DNA of 64,000 nucleotides. It comes from an uncultured cyanobacterium (GTDB lineage: Bacteria; Cyanobacteriota; Cyanobacteriia; Pseudanabaenales; Pseudanabaenaceae). Below are positions 8,962 through 18,924 of the stretch, piece by piece. Under the pieces are notes generated by a model that made no database searches, was not told the origin of the DNA, and saw only the letters and a program-made list of their open reading frames with translations. Where the stretch lies: assembly GCA_963703315.1 (NCBI GenBank), contig OY969811.1, positions 3,392,001-3,456,000 on the forward strand, given 5' to 3'. Every line of letters begins with the position of its first letter. Position 1 is the first letter of the stretch. Both the position numbers and the translations under genes were made by a program.

Positions 8962-9564
8962 TCAGCTTAATGATAGCCACTTTGAGACTGCTGGTAAGCA
9001 AGCTAAGCTTTTATCTTGACAGTATCGATCAGTCTTTGGCTCTTTAAGCGAATAAATAGAGTCAGGATTGATCGGAGCAATGTACTTCAAGTTCGCTCTT
9101 ACATAGCATTCTCCTAGTTGCTCCCAAGTGGTGGGTTTGACAGGTTCCGCTAACTCATCACGCAATCCTTTTACCCGTAACCAAGGTGAGCCATTATCAT
9201 CAAGAACGATCGCATCATCAGCCCGTTCAGGAGCATTAGGAGTACGTCTATTTCCAGAACCCTTAAAAGCAGCCGTTAAAATCGCACCTCTAAGAATGCG
9301 TGACCTGATTTCTCCATTCGGTGAATATCGACAATTTAAACCATAACCATAGTCGCCAGATTCTGCGGGCTGCACCACTAACCATTTTTCGATCGCATAA
9401 AAGCCACGATTACCACGTTGAAATACCGTCATGAAGTTACCATTACTATCAGGATTAGGTACTTCGGCAACTTGGGCGATCGCGCGATCATCAGTAAAAA
9501 GCATAGAAACGCTCGAAAGTGCCGCTATCAGAAGCAAAGGCGATTTACTTAGATTCAATCTCAT
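8962..9564 (-). CDS. Secreted hypothetical protein
   Basis: Signal peptide ending AIA; four Cys in the mature part; no family recognised. Confidence 0.6.
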   Translation of the reverse strand: MRLNLSKSPLLLIAALSSVSMLFTDDRAIAQVAEVPNPDSNGNFMTVFQRGNRGFYAIEKWLVVQPAESGDYGYGLNCRYSPNGEIRSRILRGAILTAAFKGSGNRRTPNAPERADDAIVLDDNGSPWLRVKGLRDELAEPVKPTTWEQLGECYVRANLKYIAPINPDSIYSLKEPKTDRYCQDKSLACLPAVSKWLSLS

Positions 9565-9594
9565 GGTTTTATCCTAATTGATTGTCATCTAATT

Positions 9595-11175
9595 CTAGTT
9601 GGAACATCGGTATAAAGTCGCTATTCGTTCTATATTCTTAACAGGATCACGAAGTAAAAATGGTAAATGACCAGTGGGCGGTGATTGGAAATTGGGTTGA
9701 CGACCTTCAATATATTCCCAACGCGAAGTTTGGCGATCGTAGGCAGTGTTAATCACTTGTTCAGATGCATTAAACCAGCCAATGGTTTCGTAAGTTTTGC
9801 GAATATCTTTTCCTGTCTCTTCATAGATCTTTTTCTGGGCAGTCAAGCCTTGCTTACCATTAGTAGCCTGTGTCCAAAGTTGATCGATTAAAACTAGATC
9901 CGCGCAAGTAATCTGATTAAACTCATCGGGATGAAATGTGCCGTCATTATAAGAATTTTTGCCTGCGGCTTTTAAAAGTAAGAGATAGGTTTCATAATCA
10001 GCCGACTTCCAATTTTTGGCTTTGAGATAGATCCGCAGTTGGTTATAGCTAGTTTTGATTTCTGGAATAGGAGTAGGTGTAGGGATGCTTGGAGATGGAT
10101 TAAAACTAGGAGGTATGGTATTAATTGGGGTCGTAGGTATAGAAGAAATCCTAGAAAAATTCCAGCCTATACTCCATAGATAAGTAGCACCCGCTAAGAG
10201 CAGTAGGACGATCGCTGATGGCAATAACCAAGGCGATCGCCACATATTTGCCTGAATTTCTCGATCATCGGTAATGCGAGGCGACTCGGTACTGAGTTTT
10301 GGCAGTTTCTCAATATCTTTTAGCACTTCATCCACAGTCTGATAGCGATCGCGAGGATTGCATCGGGTCATTCGATCTAAAACTGCTGCAAATTCACGTC
10401 CAACTTTCGCATAACTACGCCAAATAACTTCGTTGTCACGATCCCTAGTAAATTGACTAGGATGTTTACCTGTCAAGGCTTGCAAAGCTACCATTCCCAG
10501 TGAATAGATATCACTGCAAGCTACAGATTGACCACGCTCCTGCTCATAAGACATATACCCTGGAGTGCCGATTGGTAAAGTAACTCTGGCTTTGTGGTGA
10601 GCGCTAGCAACTTCCATTTGGACTTGCTTCACTGTGCCGAAATCAATGAGAACTAATTTGCCATCACTATGACGACGGATCAAGTTACTAGGTTTAATAT
10701 CACGATGGATGACATTGTAAGTATGCACAAAGCGCAGAATTTCTAAAACTTCTTTAACAATCTGTGCAACTCTTGCCTCTGCCATTTGGCTTCCGGGGGA
10801 CATTTCGGTACTGAGGGGATGTCCTGCGATATATTCTTGAACTAGATAGAACTCCTTATTTTCTTGAAAATAGGCATAAAGTTGGGGAATTAGATCATGT
10901 CTTCCCAATTCTTGCAAAGTTTCGGCTTCCGCTTTAAAGAGTTCTAAAGCCTTTTGCGTAAAAACAGGGTCATCAATAGTGGGATTGAGATGTTTGACAA
11001 CGCACCTAGGATTTTTGGGCAAGCGCGTATCTTCCGCAAGGTAAGTTTGTGAAAAGCCTCCTTCTGCTAATTCTCTAATAATTCGATAGCGGCGGTCGAG
11101 TAGCTTGCCTAGCATGGTCACATTAACAATAAGGGTTTGTGGTTTTGATTTTGCCATAGGCAAAATCAAAACCAC
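9595..11175 (-). CDS. Membrane Ser/Thr protein kinase with C-terminal GUN4-like domain
   Basis: GGFSQTY, VVK, HRDIKPSN, DFG, GTPGY; TM helix; Pro/Thr linker; YNQLRIYLKAKNWKSADYET...IDQLW...PTGHLP. Confidence 0.9.
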   Translation of the reverse strand: MVLILPMAKSKPQTLIVNVTMLGKLLDRRYRIIRELAEGGFSQTYLAEDTRLPKNPRCVVKHLNPTIDDPVFTQKALELFKAEAETLQELGRHDLIPQLYAYFQENKEFYLVQEYIAGHPLSTEMSPGSQMAEARVAQIVKEVLEILRFVHTYNVIHRDIKPSNLIRRHSDGKLVLIDFGTVKQVQMEVASAHHKARVTLPIGTPGYMSYEQERGQSVACSDIYSLGMVALQALTGKHPSQFTRDRDNEVIWRSYAKVGREFAAVLDRMTRCNPRDRYQTVDEVLKDIEKLPKLSTESPRITDDREIQANMWRSPWLLPSAIVLLLLAGATYLWSIGWNFSRISSIPTTPINTIPPSFNPSPSIPTPTPIPEIKTSYNQLRIYLKAKNWKSADYETYLLLLKAAGKNSYNDGTFHPDEFNQITCADLVLIDQLWTQATNGKQGLTAQKKIYEETGKDIRKTYETIGWFNASEQVINTAYDRQTSRWEYIEGRQPNFQSPPTGHLPFLLRDPVKNIERIATLYRCSN

Positions 11176-11750
11176 TATCTGATGTATTTTGCCTCAAGGG
11201 GAGGTCGATCGCGCTTTACCTGCGTAGTTTTTTTAGATTTTAATTTCTGGCGATCGCCGTAGGGGACAGTATCAGGATCATTGTCTTCTTCTTCAAAATA
11301 CTCATCCTCTTCTTCATCCCAGTCATCCTCTTCGTCCCAATCGTCTTCAACTTGCTCCTCCTCCTCAACCTGATCGTTACTAGCGTAATTACCCTGATCA
11401 CGATCAGGCTTGACCTGTTCCTTTTTTGGTTCATTTTGGGGTTCATTTTGAGAACCTGTCGCAACTATGGCTTGGCGAATTGCTACATTTTGTCGCCAGC
11501 TAGCGATCGCATTAAACACAAAAGCAATCAATCCACCGATAGCAAATGCCCCTAACATCGCCACACTGAGAGGTATTGCTACTGTCTTTTGTCCTAAAAA
11601 CACAATCTGGATCGCGGGCTGTAAATTTTGGACAAAGATCGCTGCTAGTAAAGTAATCACAAAACCCAAAATTATAATTTGGGCGATCGGGATGGCTTTG
11701 GAACTTTTACGAACTGAATTATTTATCTGCGAAAAGCGCGATCGTGTCAT
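11175..11750 (-). CDS. LapA/DUF1049-like membrane protein with acidic tail
   Basis: Two TM helices around IFVQNLQP..VFLG; D/E/W-rich tail; ATG at 11750 overlaps the ubiX stop (ATGA), preferred over the TTG at 11795. Confidence 0.65.
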   Translation of the reverse strand: MTRSRFSQINNSVRKSSKAIPIAQIIILGFVITLLAAIFVQNLQPAIQIVFLGQKTVAIPLSVAMLGAFAIGGLIAFVFNAIASWRQNVAIRQAIVATGSQNEPQNEPKKEQVKPDRDQGNYASNDQVEEEEQVEDDWDEEDDWDEEEDEYFEEEDNDPDTVPYGDRQKLKSKKTTQVKRDRPPLEAKYIR

Positions 11751-12391
11751 TGCTCTGAACCTCCTGCGGAAATATTCGCGATCCGACCTTGCCAACGCTG
11801 GATGAGATCGCTATCAATATCAAGTTGATCCAGCGCCCTTGCAACTACAAAGTCTACCAAATCCTCGATGGTTTGCGGGTTGTGATACCAAGCAGGAATC
11901 GCGGGGACAATTCGCGCCCCTGCTTCGGCTAAGGCGGTGAGGTTACGCAAATGAATTAGGCTCAAAGGAGTCTCGCGAGGGACAAGTACTAATCTGCGAC
12001 CTTCCTTAAGATGGACATCGGCGGCTCGCTCTAATAAATCAGAACTCAGTCCATGAGCGATTTTAGCAACTGTTGCCATGCTGCAAGGAATGACGAGCAT
12101 TCCCAATGTCCGAAACGATCCACTAGCGATCGTCGCGCCCACATCGGCAAATTGATGACAAACTAGTTTACCCCCATGAGTTTCGCTGCGATCGCGCCAA
12201 AACTGTTCTTGCGATTGCAAATTGCTGGGCATGGCAATATTATTTTCCGATTGCCAAACCATCATCGCCGCCTTAGAAGCCACCAGATCGACGTTGTAGT
12301 TATGATTTAACAAAAACTTGAGCGATCGCACTGCATAGATCATGCCTGATGCCCCAGATACGCCTAACACAATTGCCCGTTTATTTTCCAT
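11747..12391 (-). CDS. ubiX: Flavin prenyltransferase UbiX
   Basis: GVSGASG, IASGS, PCSM, ERAADVHLKEGRRLVLVPRETP. Confidence 0.95.
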   Translation of the reverse strand: MENKRAIVLGVSGASGMIYAVRSLKFLLNHNYNVDLVASKAAMMVWQSENNIAMPSNLQSQEQFWRDRSETHGGKLVCHQFADVGATIASGSFRTLGMLVIPCSMATVAKIAHGLSSDLLERAADVHLKEGRRLVLVPRETPLSLIHLRNLTALAEAGARIVPAIPAWYHNPQTIEDLVDFVVARALDQLDIDSDLIQRWQGRIANISAGGSEQ

Positions 12392-12444
12392 TCAATATCT
12401 TTAATCTATAGCTCAATCATATCTCTGTTTGTTAAGCTTAGAGA

Positions 12445-12523
12445 TATAGCGTTTCGCAGTCTAGTTTAGTACAGAGGATTGTTTCCCCGATGAAGGCGGG
12501 GAAACAATCCTCTGTACTAAACT
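12445..12523. repeat. Family C element end plus a 27-bp-arm palindrome overlapping the cyclase stop
   Basis: TATAGCGTTT..CAGTCTAGT start shared with about 8759 and 56029; arms 12463-12489 and 12497-12523. Confidence 0.65.
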
Positions 12524-14193
12524 TTAGGAAAAATTGTTCTAGTCTTGCTCAGCATTTCCTTAACATCCACATTTTGCCAATGGACTCGATATAGCTGTAA
12601 CAGTTCTTGTTTCCCTTTCACTTTTACGAGATCTAGTTTCTCTAAGGGTAGATTGAATTGAGAAATATGAGACATCGTACTTTCGGAAATGAAAACCTCA
12701 CCCGCTTTCGCTTCTGTACAAATGCGGCTAGCCACATTCATCGTATCGCCAATATTGGTGTACTGAATTAAGTTCTCGGAACCAATATTCCCTGCGGCAA
12801 CCATGCCAGTATTTAAACCAATGTGAATCTGGATTTGGAGATCACGACCTTGCTTTGTCCATTCTTCATTTAACTGACGCATTGCCCATTGCATCGCGAT
12901 CGCGGCACTAACTGCCATAATCGCATCATCATCTTTTTGATAGGGAGAACCCCATACTGCCAGAAGAGCATCAGCAATATATTTCTCTAATGTGCCTCCA
13001 AAGGGAAAGACAATATCTTCGACCATCACCTTGAAGTATTCATTGAGAAACTCTAAAACCTTGCGAGGCTGCATTTGGGAAGTCATCTCCGTAAAGCCGC
13101 TAATATCAGAAAACAAAGCCGTGACTTCGGTTTCGACAATGCGATTTAAGTCCCAACCCTCTTCAATTTTTTGGCTAACTGCCGCAGGGAAGAATCGCTC
13201 TAGTTTGGTACGGCGAATCACTTCTGACTGCATATTTTGATAGAGATTGGCATTCTCGATCGCGATCGCCGCTTGGTTCGCTAAGCTACTCAAAAATTCT
13301 AAATCTTCTTTATGATAAGCATGACCATGAGAAAGATTATCCACATACAAAACGCCGATTACCTTATCTCTTGGCTTTAATGGCGCACACATCGCTGCTT
13401 GAATCGATTGCAAAAGGATCGACTGTGAACTATCAAAACGGCGATCGAGAGAAGCATCATCACTAATAATTGCATCCCCTTGTTTCATCACAAAACTAGT
13501 GATTTTACGACTATAAAAATCCAGATCAGTAGTTGCATTAGGATTACTAAACTTATATGCTTTCGGCTCCAAATTTCCTGTTTGCTCATTTACGAGTAAC
13601 AACACAGCGCGATCGACTGACATAATCTTCAGCAATAGTTCTAAGATTTTTTCAGGTAAAGCCGAATAAGCCTCTGGCGAAGCAAGCTCTTGGCTAACTT
13701 CCAGCAATACCCTGAGCTTTGCCGAGGTACGCTGAGTCTCATCAGTTCCCTGAATCATCAATACGGAGCCTGCTGGCGCTTGCTGCTGATTTTGCAGTAA
13801 ATCTTGGATGTCAACACGAGATTTTTCTGGTGAAACTCGCATCAAAATTGATAGACCAGAACTTGCATTTAGCGGCGAAATAGGATTAGGAGATTGCATC
13901 TCATCTACTACTAATCGAAATATGACACTGCCAAACTGCACCAAATCGCCATGATTGAGCTTTTGTTGAATAATTTTCTGTTGATTAACAAAAGTCCCAT
14001 TACTACTATTGAGATCGGTAACAAATATCCCCTTATCCGTCACCTGAATTTCAGCATGATGACGCGAGAGGCTCCGAGCATCATCTTCAATGACAATACT
14101 ATTGTGTAAGTCTCGACCAATCGTATTGTTACCATGACGGAGATCGCAAATACGTTCTTGGGGAGTTCCTTGATTTTGAATAATGTATGGCAT
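12517..14193 (-). CDS. cyaD: FHA-GAF class III adenylate cyclase (CyaD type)
   Basis: FHA (IGR, SRHHA, SSNGT), GAF (IGVLYVD), cyclase (FSDISGFT, EKYIADA, YTNIGDTMNVASR, VKGK). Confidence 0.85.
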   Translation of the reverse strand: MPYIIQNQGTPQERICDLRHGNNTIGRDLHNSIVIEDDARSLSRHHAEIQVTDKGIFVTDLNSSNGTFVNQQKIIQQKLNHGDLVQFGSVIFRLVVDEMQSPNPISPLNASSGLSILMRVSPEKSRVDIQDLLQNQQQAPAGSVLMIQGTDETQRTSAKLRVLLEVSQELASPEAYSALPEKILELLLKIMSVDRAVLLLVNEQTGNLEPKAYKFSNPNATTDLDFYSRKITSFVMKQGDAIISDDASLDRRFDSSQSILLQSIQAAMCAPLKPRDKVIGVLYVDNLSHGHAYHKEDLEFLSSLANQAAIAIENANLYQNMQSEVIRRTKLERFFPAAVSQKIEEGWDLNRIVETEVTALFSDISGFTEMTSQMQPRKVLEFLNEYFKVMVEDIVFPFGGTLEKYIADALLAVWGSPYQKDDDAIMAVSAAIAMQWAMRQLNEEWTKQGRDLQIQIHIGLNTGMVAAGNIGSENLIQYTNIGDTMNVASRICTEAKAGEVFISESTMSHISQFNLPLEKLDLVKVKGKQELLQLYRVHWQNVDVKEMLSKTRTIFPKV

Positions 14194-14310
14194 ATTTTTT
14201 ACCTGCTGCGCTTACTTCTGTAGTTTAATTAGCTAACTCCACTACAGAAGTGCCTACGAAAACTCTCGTATCATTCATAATGAATTAATAGCATTATCCC
14301 ATTTTTATCC

Positions 14311-15576
14311 ATGTCGCCAACTACGCTAGAAGTACAATCTCAGTCTCAGGAAACTACGAATGTTTCGCTTGACGCGATCGCTGAGTTTAATCAATATGTG
14401 ATGAGTACCTATGCTCGTTTTCCGATCGCCCTAGAGCGTGGCGAAGGTAGTCGAGTGTGGGACAGTACAGGCAAGGAATATCTGGATTTTGTGGCTGGCA
14501 TTGCGACTTGTACGTTGGGACACGCACATCCTGCAATGGTAAAAGCGGTAACTGATCAAATCCAAACTTTGCACCATGCGTCTAATTTGTTTTACTTTGC
14601 ACCCCAAGGTCAATTAGCAAAATGGCTGGTGCAAAACTCCTGTGCGGATAAAGCCTTTTTTTGTAACTCTGGGGCTGAGGCAAATGAGGGAGCGATCAAG
14701 CTAGCCCGTAAATATGCCCATACTAAGCTCGGCATCGAGAGTCCTGTAATTTTGACAGCAAATGCCAGTTTTCATGGACGCACGCTGGCTACCGTCACTG
14801 CCACAGGTCAGCCAAAATATCACAAAAATTTTGCGCCCCTTGTATCAGGTTTTGACTACATTCCTTACAACGATATTGCGGCACTGGAAACTGCGGTCAA
14901 GAAATATGCAGGTAGACTGAGTGCGATCATGCTCGAACCTTTGCAAGGTGAAGGTGGGGTGAATCCTGGCGATCGCGCCTATTTTGCCCGTGTGCGTGAG
15001 CTTTGCGACGAAACGAAAGCATTGCTAATCATCGATGAAGTGCAAGTGGGCATGGGACGCAGTGGCAAACTCTGGGGTTACGAAAATCTCGGTATTGAAC
15101 CAGACATCTTTACTTCCGCTAAGGGGCTAGGCGGCGGCATTCCCATCGGCGCGATGATGTGTAAAGCTTCCTGTGATGTATTTGAAGCGGGTGATCACGC
15201 CAGTACCTTTGGCGGCAATCCTTTTGCCTGTGCAGTGGCGCTGTCAGTTTGCAAAACCATCGAGGACGAGAATCTAATCGCTAATGCCAGAGAGCGTGGT
15301 CAACAATTGAGAACGGGGCTACAGGCGATCGCTGAGCGCTATCCTCAACATATTGACTCAGTACGTGGTTGGGGCTTGATCGATGGTTTAGTTCTGCAAG
15401 AGTCTAGCAATATTCAAGCCCGTGATGTGGTTGCCGCAGGGATTGAGCATGGTTTGCTGCTCGTACCTGCGGGTGTGAAAGTGGTGCGGTTTGTGCCACC
15501 TTTGACTGTCTCTGCATCGGAGATTGATCAAGCACTAAGCATTGTCGAACAGGCGATCGCAGGTTTTGCATCCTAA
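14311..15576 (+). CDS. argD: Acetylornithine aminotransferase
   Basis: CNSGAEANE, FHGRT, DEVQ, AKGLGGG, HASTFGGN. Confidence 0.95.
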   Translation: MSPTTLEVQSQSQETTNVSLDAIAEFNQYVMSTYARFPIALERGEGSRVWDSTGKEYLDFVAGIATCTLGHAHPAMVKAVTDQIQTLHHASNLFYFAPQGQLAKWLVQNSCADKAFFCNSGAEANEGAIKLARKYAHTKLGIESPVILTANASFHGRTLATVTATGQPKYHKNFAPLVSGFDYIPYNDIAALETAVKKYAGRLSAIMLEPLQGEGGVNPGDRAYFARVRELCDETKALLIIDEVQVGMGRSGKLWGYENLGIEPDIFTSAKGLGGGIPIGAMMCKASCDVFEAGDHASTFGGNPFACAVALSVCKTIEDENLIANARERGQQLRTGLQAIAERYPQHIDSVRGWGLIDGLVLQESSNIQARDVVAAGIEHGLLLVPAGVKVVRFVPPLTVSASEIDQALSIVEQAIAGFAS

Positions 15577-15599
15577 AAAAGCAACTCTTAAATGGTTTC

Positions 15600-15640
15600 T
15601 AACAAAAAGAAGGAGCGCAAAGCGCTCCTTCTTTTTGTTA
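15600..15640. terminator. Bidirectional hairpin between convergent genes
   Basis: TAACAAAAAGAAGGAGCGC-AAA-GCGCTCCTTCTTTTTGTTA. Confidence 0.75.
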
Positions 15641-16114
15641 AGATTGCTCTATATAGCTTTTGATATTCCCAAGACAAATCTCTTGAGAGCGTTGAAATGG
15701 ATTTTTCACCAATAAAAGGAAAATCCAATATGCAAAGATATTCCGCACCTCAAAGTTAAACTCCCAAGTAATCTTGGTTCTAGTATCAATCGCTTCATAT
15801 AGCCAACTGCCAGAGGCAATACTAACTAGCCATGAGAATGGAGGCTTTAACCCTTTGATCAATTGGTATTTCTGGATAGTCGGTCGCCTAACTTCAACAA
15901 TAATTTCCTCCACTGATGAACCATCACTGTTATTGACGATTCTTGTACTCCCTTTCTGAAGAGGTAGTCCATCAATAGTTTTGGCACTTATGATCGCAGG
16001 TATTGCTTTATAACCAGTGAAAAATTTGGGGAGATTTTGACAATCCGTTGAGATATCAAACACGCTCTCAATCGAATCATTGATCGTAACCTGTGCATTA
16101 GTTTGAATTTGCAT
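15638..16114 (-). CDS. SRPBCC (polyketide cyclase/dehydrase-like) family protein
   Basis: Size and pattern (VTI...VF, GSTR, TKITWEF, C-terminal helix LGNIKSYIE). Confidence 0.7.
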   Translation of the reverse strand: MQIQTNAQVTINDSIESVFDISTDCQNLPKFFTGYKAIPAIISAKTIDGLPLQKGSTRIVNNSDGSSVEEIIVEVRRPTIQKYQLIKGLKPPFSWLVSIASGSWLYEAIDTRTKITWEFNFEVRNIFAYWIFLLLVKNPFQRSQEICLGNIKSYIEQS

Positions 16115-16151
16115 CTCAAAAACCTGACAGATCTAAAAAACTTAAGCATTA

Positions 16152-16262
16152 TAGCCATAGCCAAGCAAGTTAAGACATAAAACCCAAAAGAGAGTTGCGG
16201 CGCTTCGCGCCGCAACTCTCTTTTGGGTTTTGGTTTTGTCCTAACGTAACTGACTACAGCTA
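16152..16262. mobile_element. MITE family B, 111 bp, TA-flanked
   Basis: Near-identical to 8382-8492 but the hairpin loop is TTC. Confidence 0.8.
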
Positions 16263-16268
16263 TATTGT

Positions 16269-18071
16269 TTAAATATTAGCCTTTATTGCCGCCGCTTGTT
16301 CTAGTAAAGATTCTGCAAAAGCGATCGCCTGAGACACAGTATTCACACCCTCCTTAACCACAGTTTTTCCTTTTTCCTTTTTCCTTTTTCCTTCTTCCAC
16401 CGTCATTCCCGAAGCAATTTGAGCAAGCTCCTGTTTACGCTCCTCTAATGCCAATAGCCGAATCTGGACTTGAGTGCGATCGCCAATTACTTGCTTGCTA
16501 ACGTGGAAATGTCGATCAGCGATCGCCGCAATCAGTGGCTGGTGGGTCACACAGAGAACTTGCGAACTACGGCTCAGTTGCCAAAGTTGGGTAGCGATCG
16601 CTTGGGCAACCCGACCTGACACTCCTGCATCGATTTCATCAAATACCATTGTGCCGACATTGGCATGATTAAATTCTGAAGCTACGGGTTGAGCTAATTC
16701 CTGATTTTTATCTTGAGTTTTTTGCTTTACAAAACAGGTTTTCAGTGCCAATAGAAATCGACTCATTTCGCCGCCCGAAGCAGTTTCCGCAAGGGGTTGC
16801 AGAGGTTCGCCGAGGTTGGGGCTAAATTCAAACACAATGCGATCTCCACCGAAAGTCGTTGGTTCCATTGCATAAATGCCAACTTGAAAGCGCACTTTTT
16901 CCATCGCCAACATTTTTAGAGCATCGATTTGCACTTGTTCGAGGGCGATCGCCGCTTGACGGCGTAGTTCTGTGAGTTTTTTACAAGCCTTGAGTAACGC
17001 TTGTAAATCAGCCTCGGCTTTACGTTCTAGATCTTCAATAGAAATACTTTGATCGGTAAGTTCCGCTAGTTCATTTTGCAACTTCTCGGTATAGGCGATC
17101 GCTTCAGGAAGCGTACCGTATTTACGACAGATTTGCTTAATTTGATTAATCCGTTGCTCGATTACTTCCAATTGCTCAGGATCGGATTCCAGACGATTGG
17201 CGTAATTATTAACTTGTCTACCTGCTTCTTCTACTTGAGCAAGGGCGCTAGATACCAATTCCAGAATTCCTTCCGCTTCCCGATCCAGTGTCACCATCTC
17301 AGTCAGCATGGACTCCGCTTGTCCTAATAAATCGGCACAGGCATTACCCCCATCATTCTGATAGAGCGCTTCATAAACCGCATAGCTCTGTTTCTGTAAC
17401 TCGACGCTATGGGCTAACCGATTGCGATCGCTTTCCAGATTGTCCAACTCATCGGGATCATCGAGATTTGCGGCTTCTAATTCCTTTAATTGATAGCGCA
17501 ACATATCCAAATGCTGCAACCGACTGCGATCATTTTGTTGACGTTCTAAGAGAGTCTTCCGAGATTTCTCTTTAATCTCAAACAACTTAGCCACTTTCTG
17601 ACGCTGTGCTAATAAAGTGCCATCGCCAAAATTATCGAGCCATTCCCGTTGTTGCGCTGCCTGACTGAGTAAGATTGTCTGCCCTTGTGCTGTAATCTCC
17701 ACAAGGCGATCTCGCAATTCTTGAATCTGTTGCTTATTCACGACCACGCCATTAATGCGGGTACGATTACTCCGCACCGTGATTTCACGACTACAAATCA
17801 GGGTTTCGGCATCTAGAGCATCAATTTCTTGAATTTCTAACCATTGGGCGATCGCCGCATTCATCGAAAAAGTCGCCTCAATATTGGCACGATCTGTTCC
17901 TGTTCGCAGCATTCGCGCTGACACCTTACCCCCAAGCGCCGCATCGAGGGCATCAAGGACAATTGATTTACCTGCTCCTGTTTCCCCTGTAAGGATGTTC
18001 AGACCAGCATATAACTCTAGTTCTAGGCGATCGATCAGGGCAAAATTTTCAATTTTGAGACTCAGGAGCAT
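16269..18071 (-). CDS. recN: DNA repair protein RecN
   Basis: IENFALI, TGETGAGKS, ASGGEMSR, FDEIDAGVSG, VTHQP. Confidence 0.97.
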   Translation of the reverse strand: MLLSLKIENFALIDRLELELYAGLNILTGETGAGKSIVLDALDAALGGKVSARMLRTGTDRANIEATFSMNAAIAQWLEIQEIDALDAETLICSREITVRSNRTRINGVVVNKQQIQELRDRLVEITAQGQTILLSQAAQQREWLDNFGDGTLLAQRQKVAKLFEIKEKSRKTLLERQQNDRSRLQHLDMLRYQLKELEAANLDDPDELDNLESDRNRLAHSVELQKQSYAVYEALYQNDGGNACADLLGQAESMLTEMVTLDREAEGILELVSSALAQVEEAGRQVNNYANRLESDPEQLEVIEQRINQIKQICRKYGTLPEAIAYTEKLQNELAELTDQSISIEDLERKAEADLQALLKACKKLTELRRQAAIALEQVQIDALKMLAMEKVRFQVGIYAMEPTTFGGDRIVFEFSPNLGEPLQPLAETASGGEMSRFLLALKTCFVKQKTQDKNQELAQPVASEFNHANVGTMVFDEIDAGVSGRVAQAIATQLWQLSRSSQVLCVTHQPLIAAIADRHFHVSKQVIGDRTQVQIRLLALEERKQELAQIASGMTVEEGKRKKEKGKTVVKEGVNTVSQAIAFAESLLEQAAAIKANI

Positions 18072-18223
18072 AATCTGGTAATTCGTCGCTGGTGGGCAGA
18101 TGTTTGAGATCGATTTGGAACATCGAGATTACCTCAAAAGCTTAGCTATCTGGTTGGTATTATAGGCGATCGCTTTGATTAGTTATAATCATCCCAATAG
18201 TCAAGTTTTAGGAGGCGATCGCT

Positions 18224-18796
18224 ATGGTTTTAGCAGCTACTAAGCGATATACCGTGTCGGAATACTTAGCCCTAGAGGACAAAGCCGAATTTAAGAGTGA
18301 ATTTATCAATGGAGAAATTATCCCGATGGCAGGAGCTTCCGCAAATCACAATAAAATTGCCTTAAATTTGTGTCGGCTATTACCTCTAGTAATTGGCGAT
18401 CAAACCTACGAGATCTTCATGAGCGATATGCGGCTATGGATGCCTGCATATAGTCGCTATACCTATCCTGATGTCATGGTGGTTGCAGGCGAGCCAGTTT
18501 TTGTGGATCAAAGACAAATGGAAGTTACTAATCCCTGTTTGATTGTGGAAATTCTATCTAGCTCCACCCAAGCCTATGATCATGATAGTAAGTTCCGTCA
18601 ATATCATTCTATTCCTAGCTTTCAGGAATATATTTTGGTTTATCAAAATGGCTATGAAGTTGATCACTATGTCAAGGAGTCAGAGGATCGATGGGTTTTG
18701 ATGACCCATAAGGGAGAAGACTCTATGATTAAGTTGGTGTCAGTGCAGTTAGAAATCAGGTTAAGTGATTTGTATAAGCGCGTGAAGTTTGATTGA
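18224..18796 (+). CDS. Uma2 (DUF820) family endonuclease-like protein
   Basis: EFINGEIIPMAG, YPDVMV, IVEILSSST, EYILV. Confidence 0.9.
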   Translation: MVLAATKRYTVSEYLALEDKAEFKSEFINGEIIPMAGASANHNKIALNLCRLLPLVIGDQTYEIFMSDMRLWMPAYSRYTYPDVMVVAGEPVFVDQRQMEVTNPCLIVEILSSSTQAYDHDSKFRQYHSIPSFQEYILVYQNGYEVDHYVKESEDRWVLMTHKGEDSMIKLVSVQLEIRLSDLYKRVKFD

Positions 18797-18807
18797 TTAA
18801 CTAAGTA

Positions 18808-18924
18808 TCAAACAATAATGCCAAGCGATCGCAGCTTTGCCAATAATAATTCCACCTGTTCTTGAGCAGCATCAGCCCGATATTTCTCGATATCAGCTTT
18901 TTCTTCGCCTGTAAGATAATTTCG
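18808..18924 (-). pseudogene. Orphan Uma2-type coiled-coil tail in frame behind a TAG stop
   Basis: Hand translation RNYLTGEEKADIEKYRADAAQEQVELLLAKLRSLGIIV*. Confidence 0.6.
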
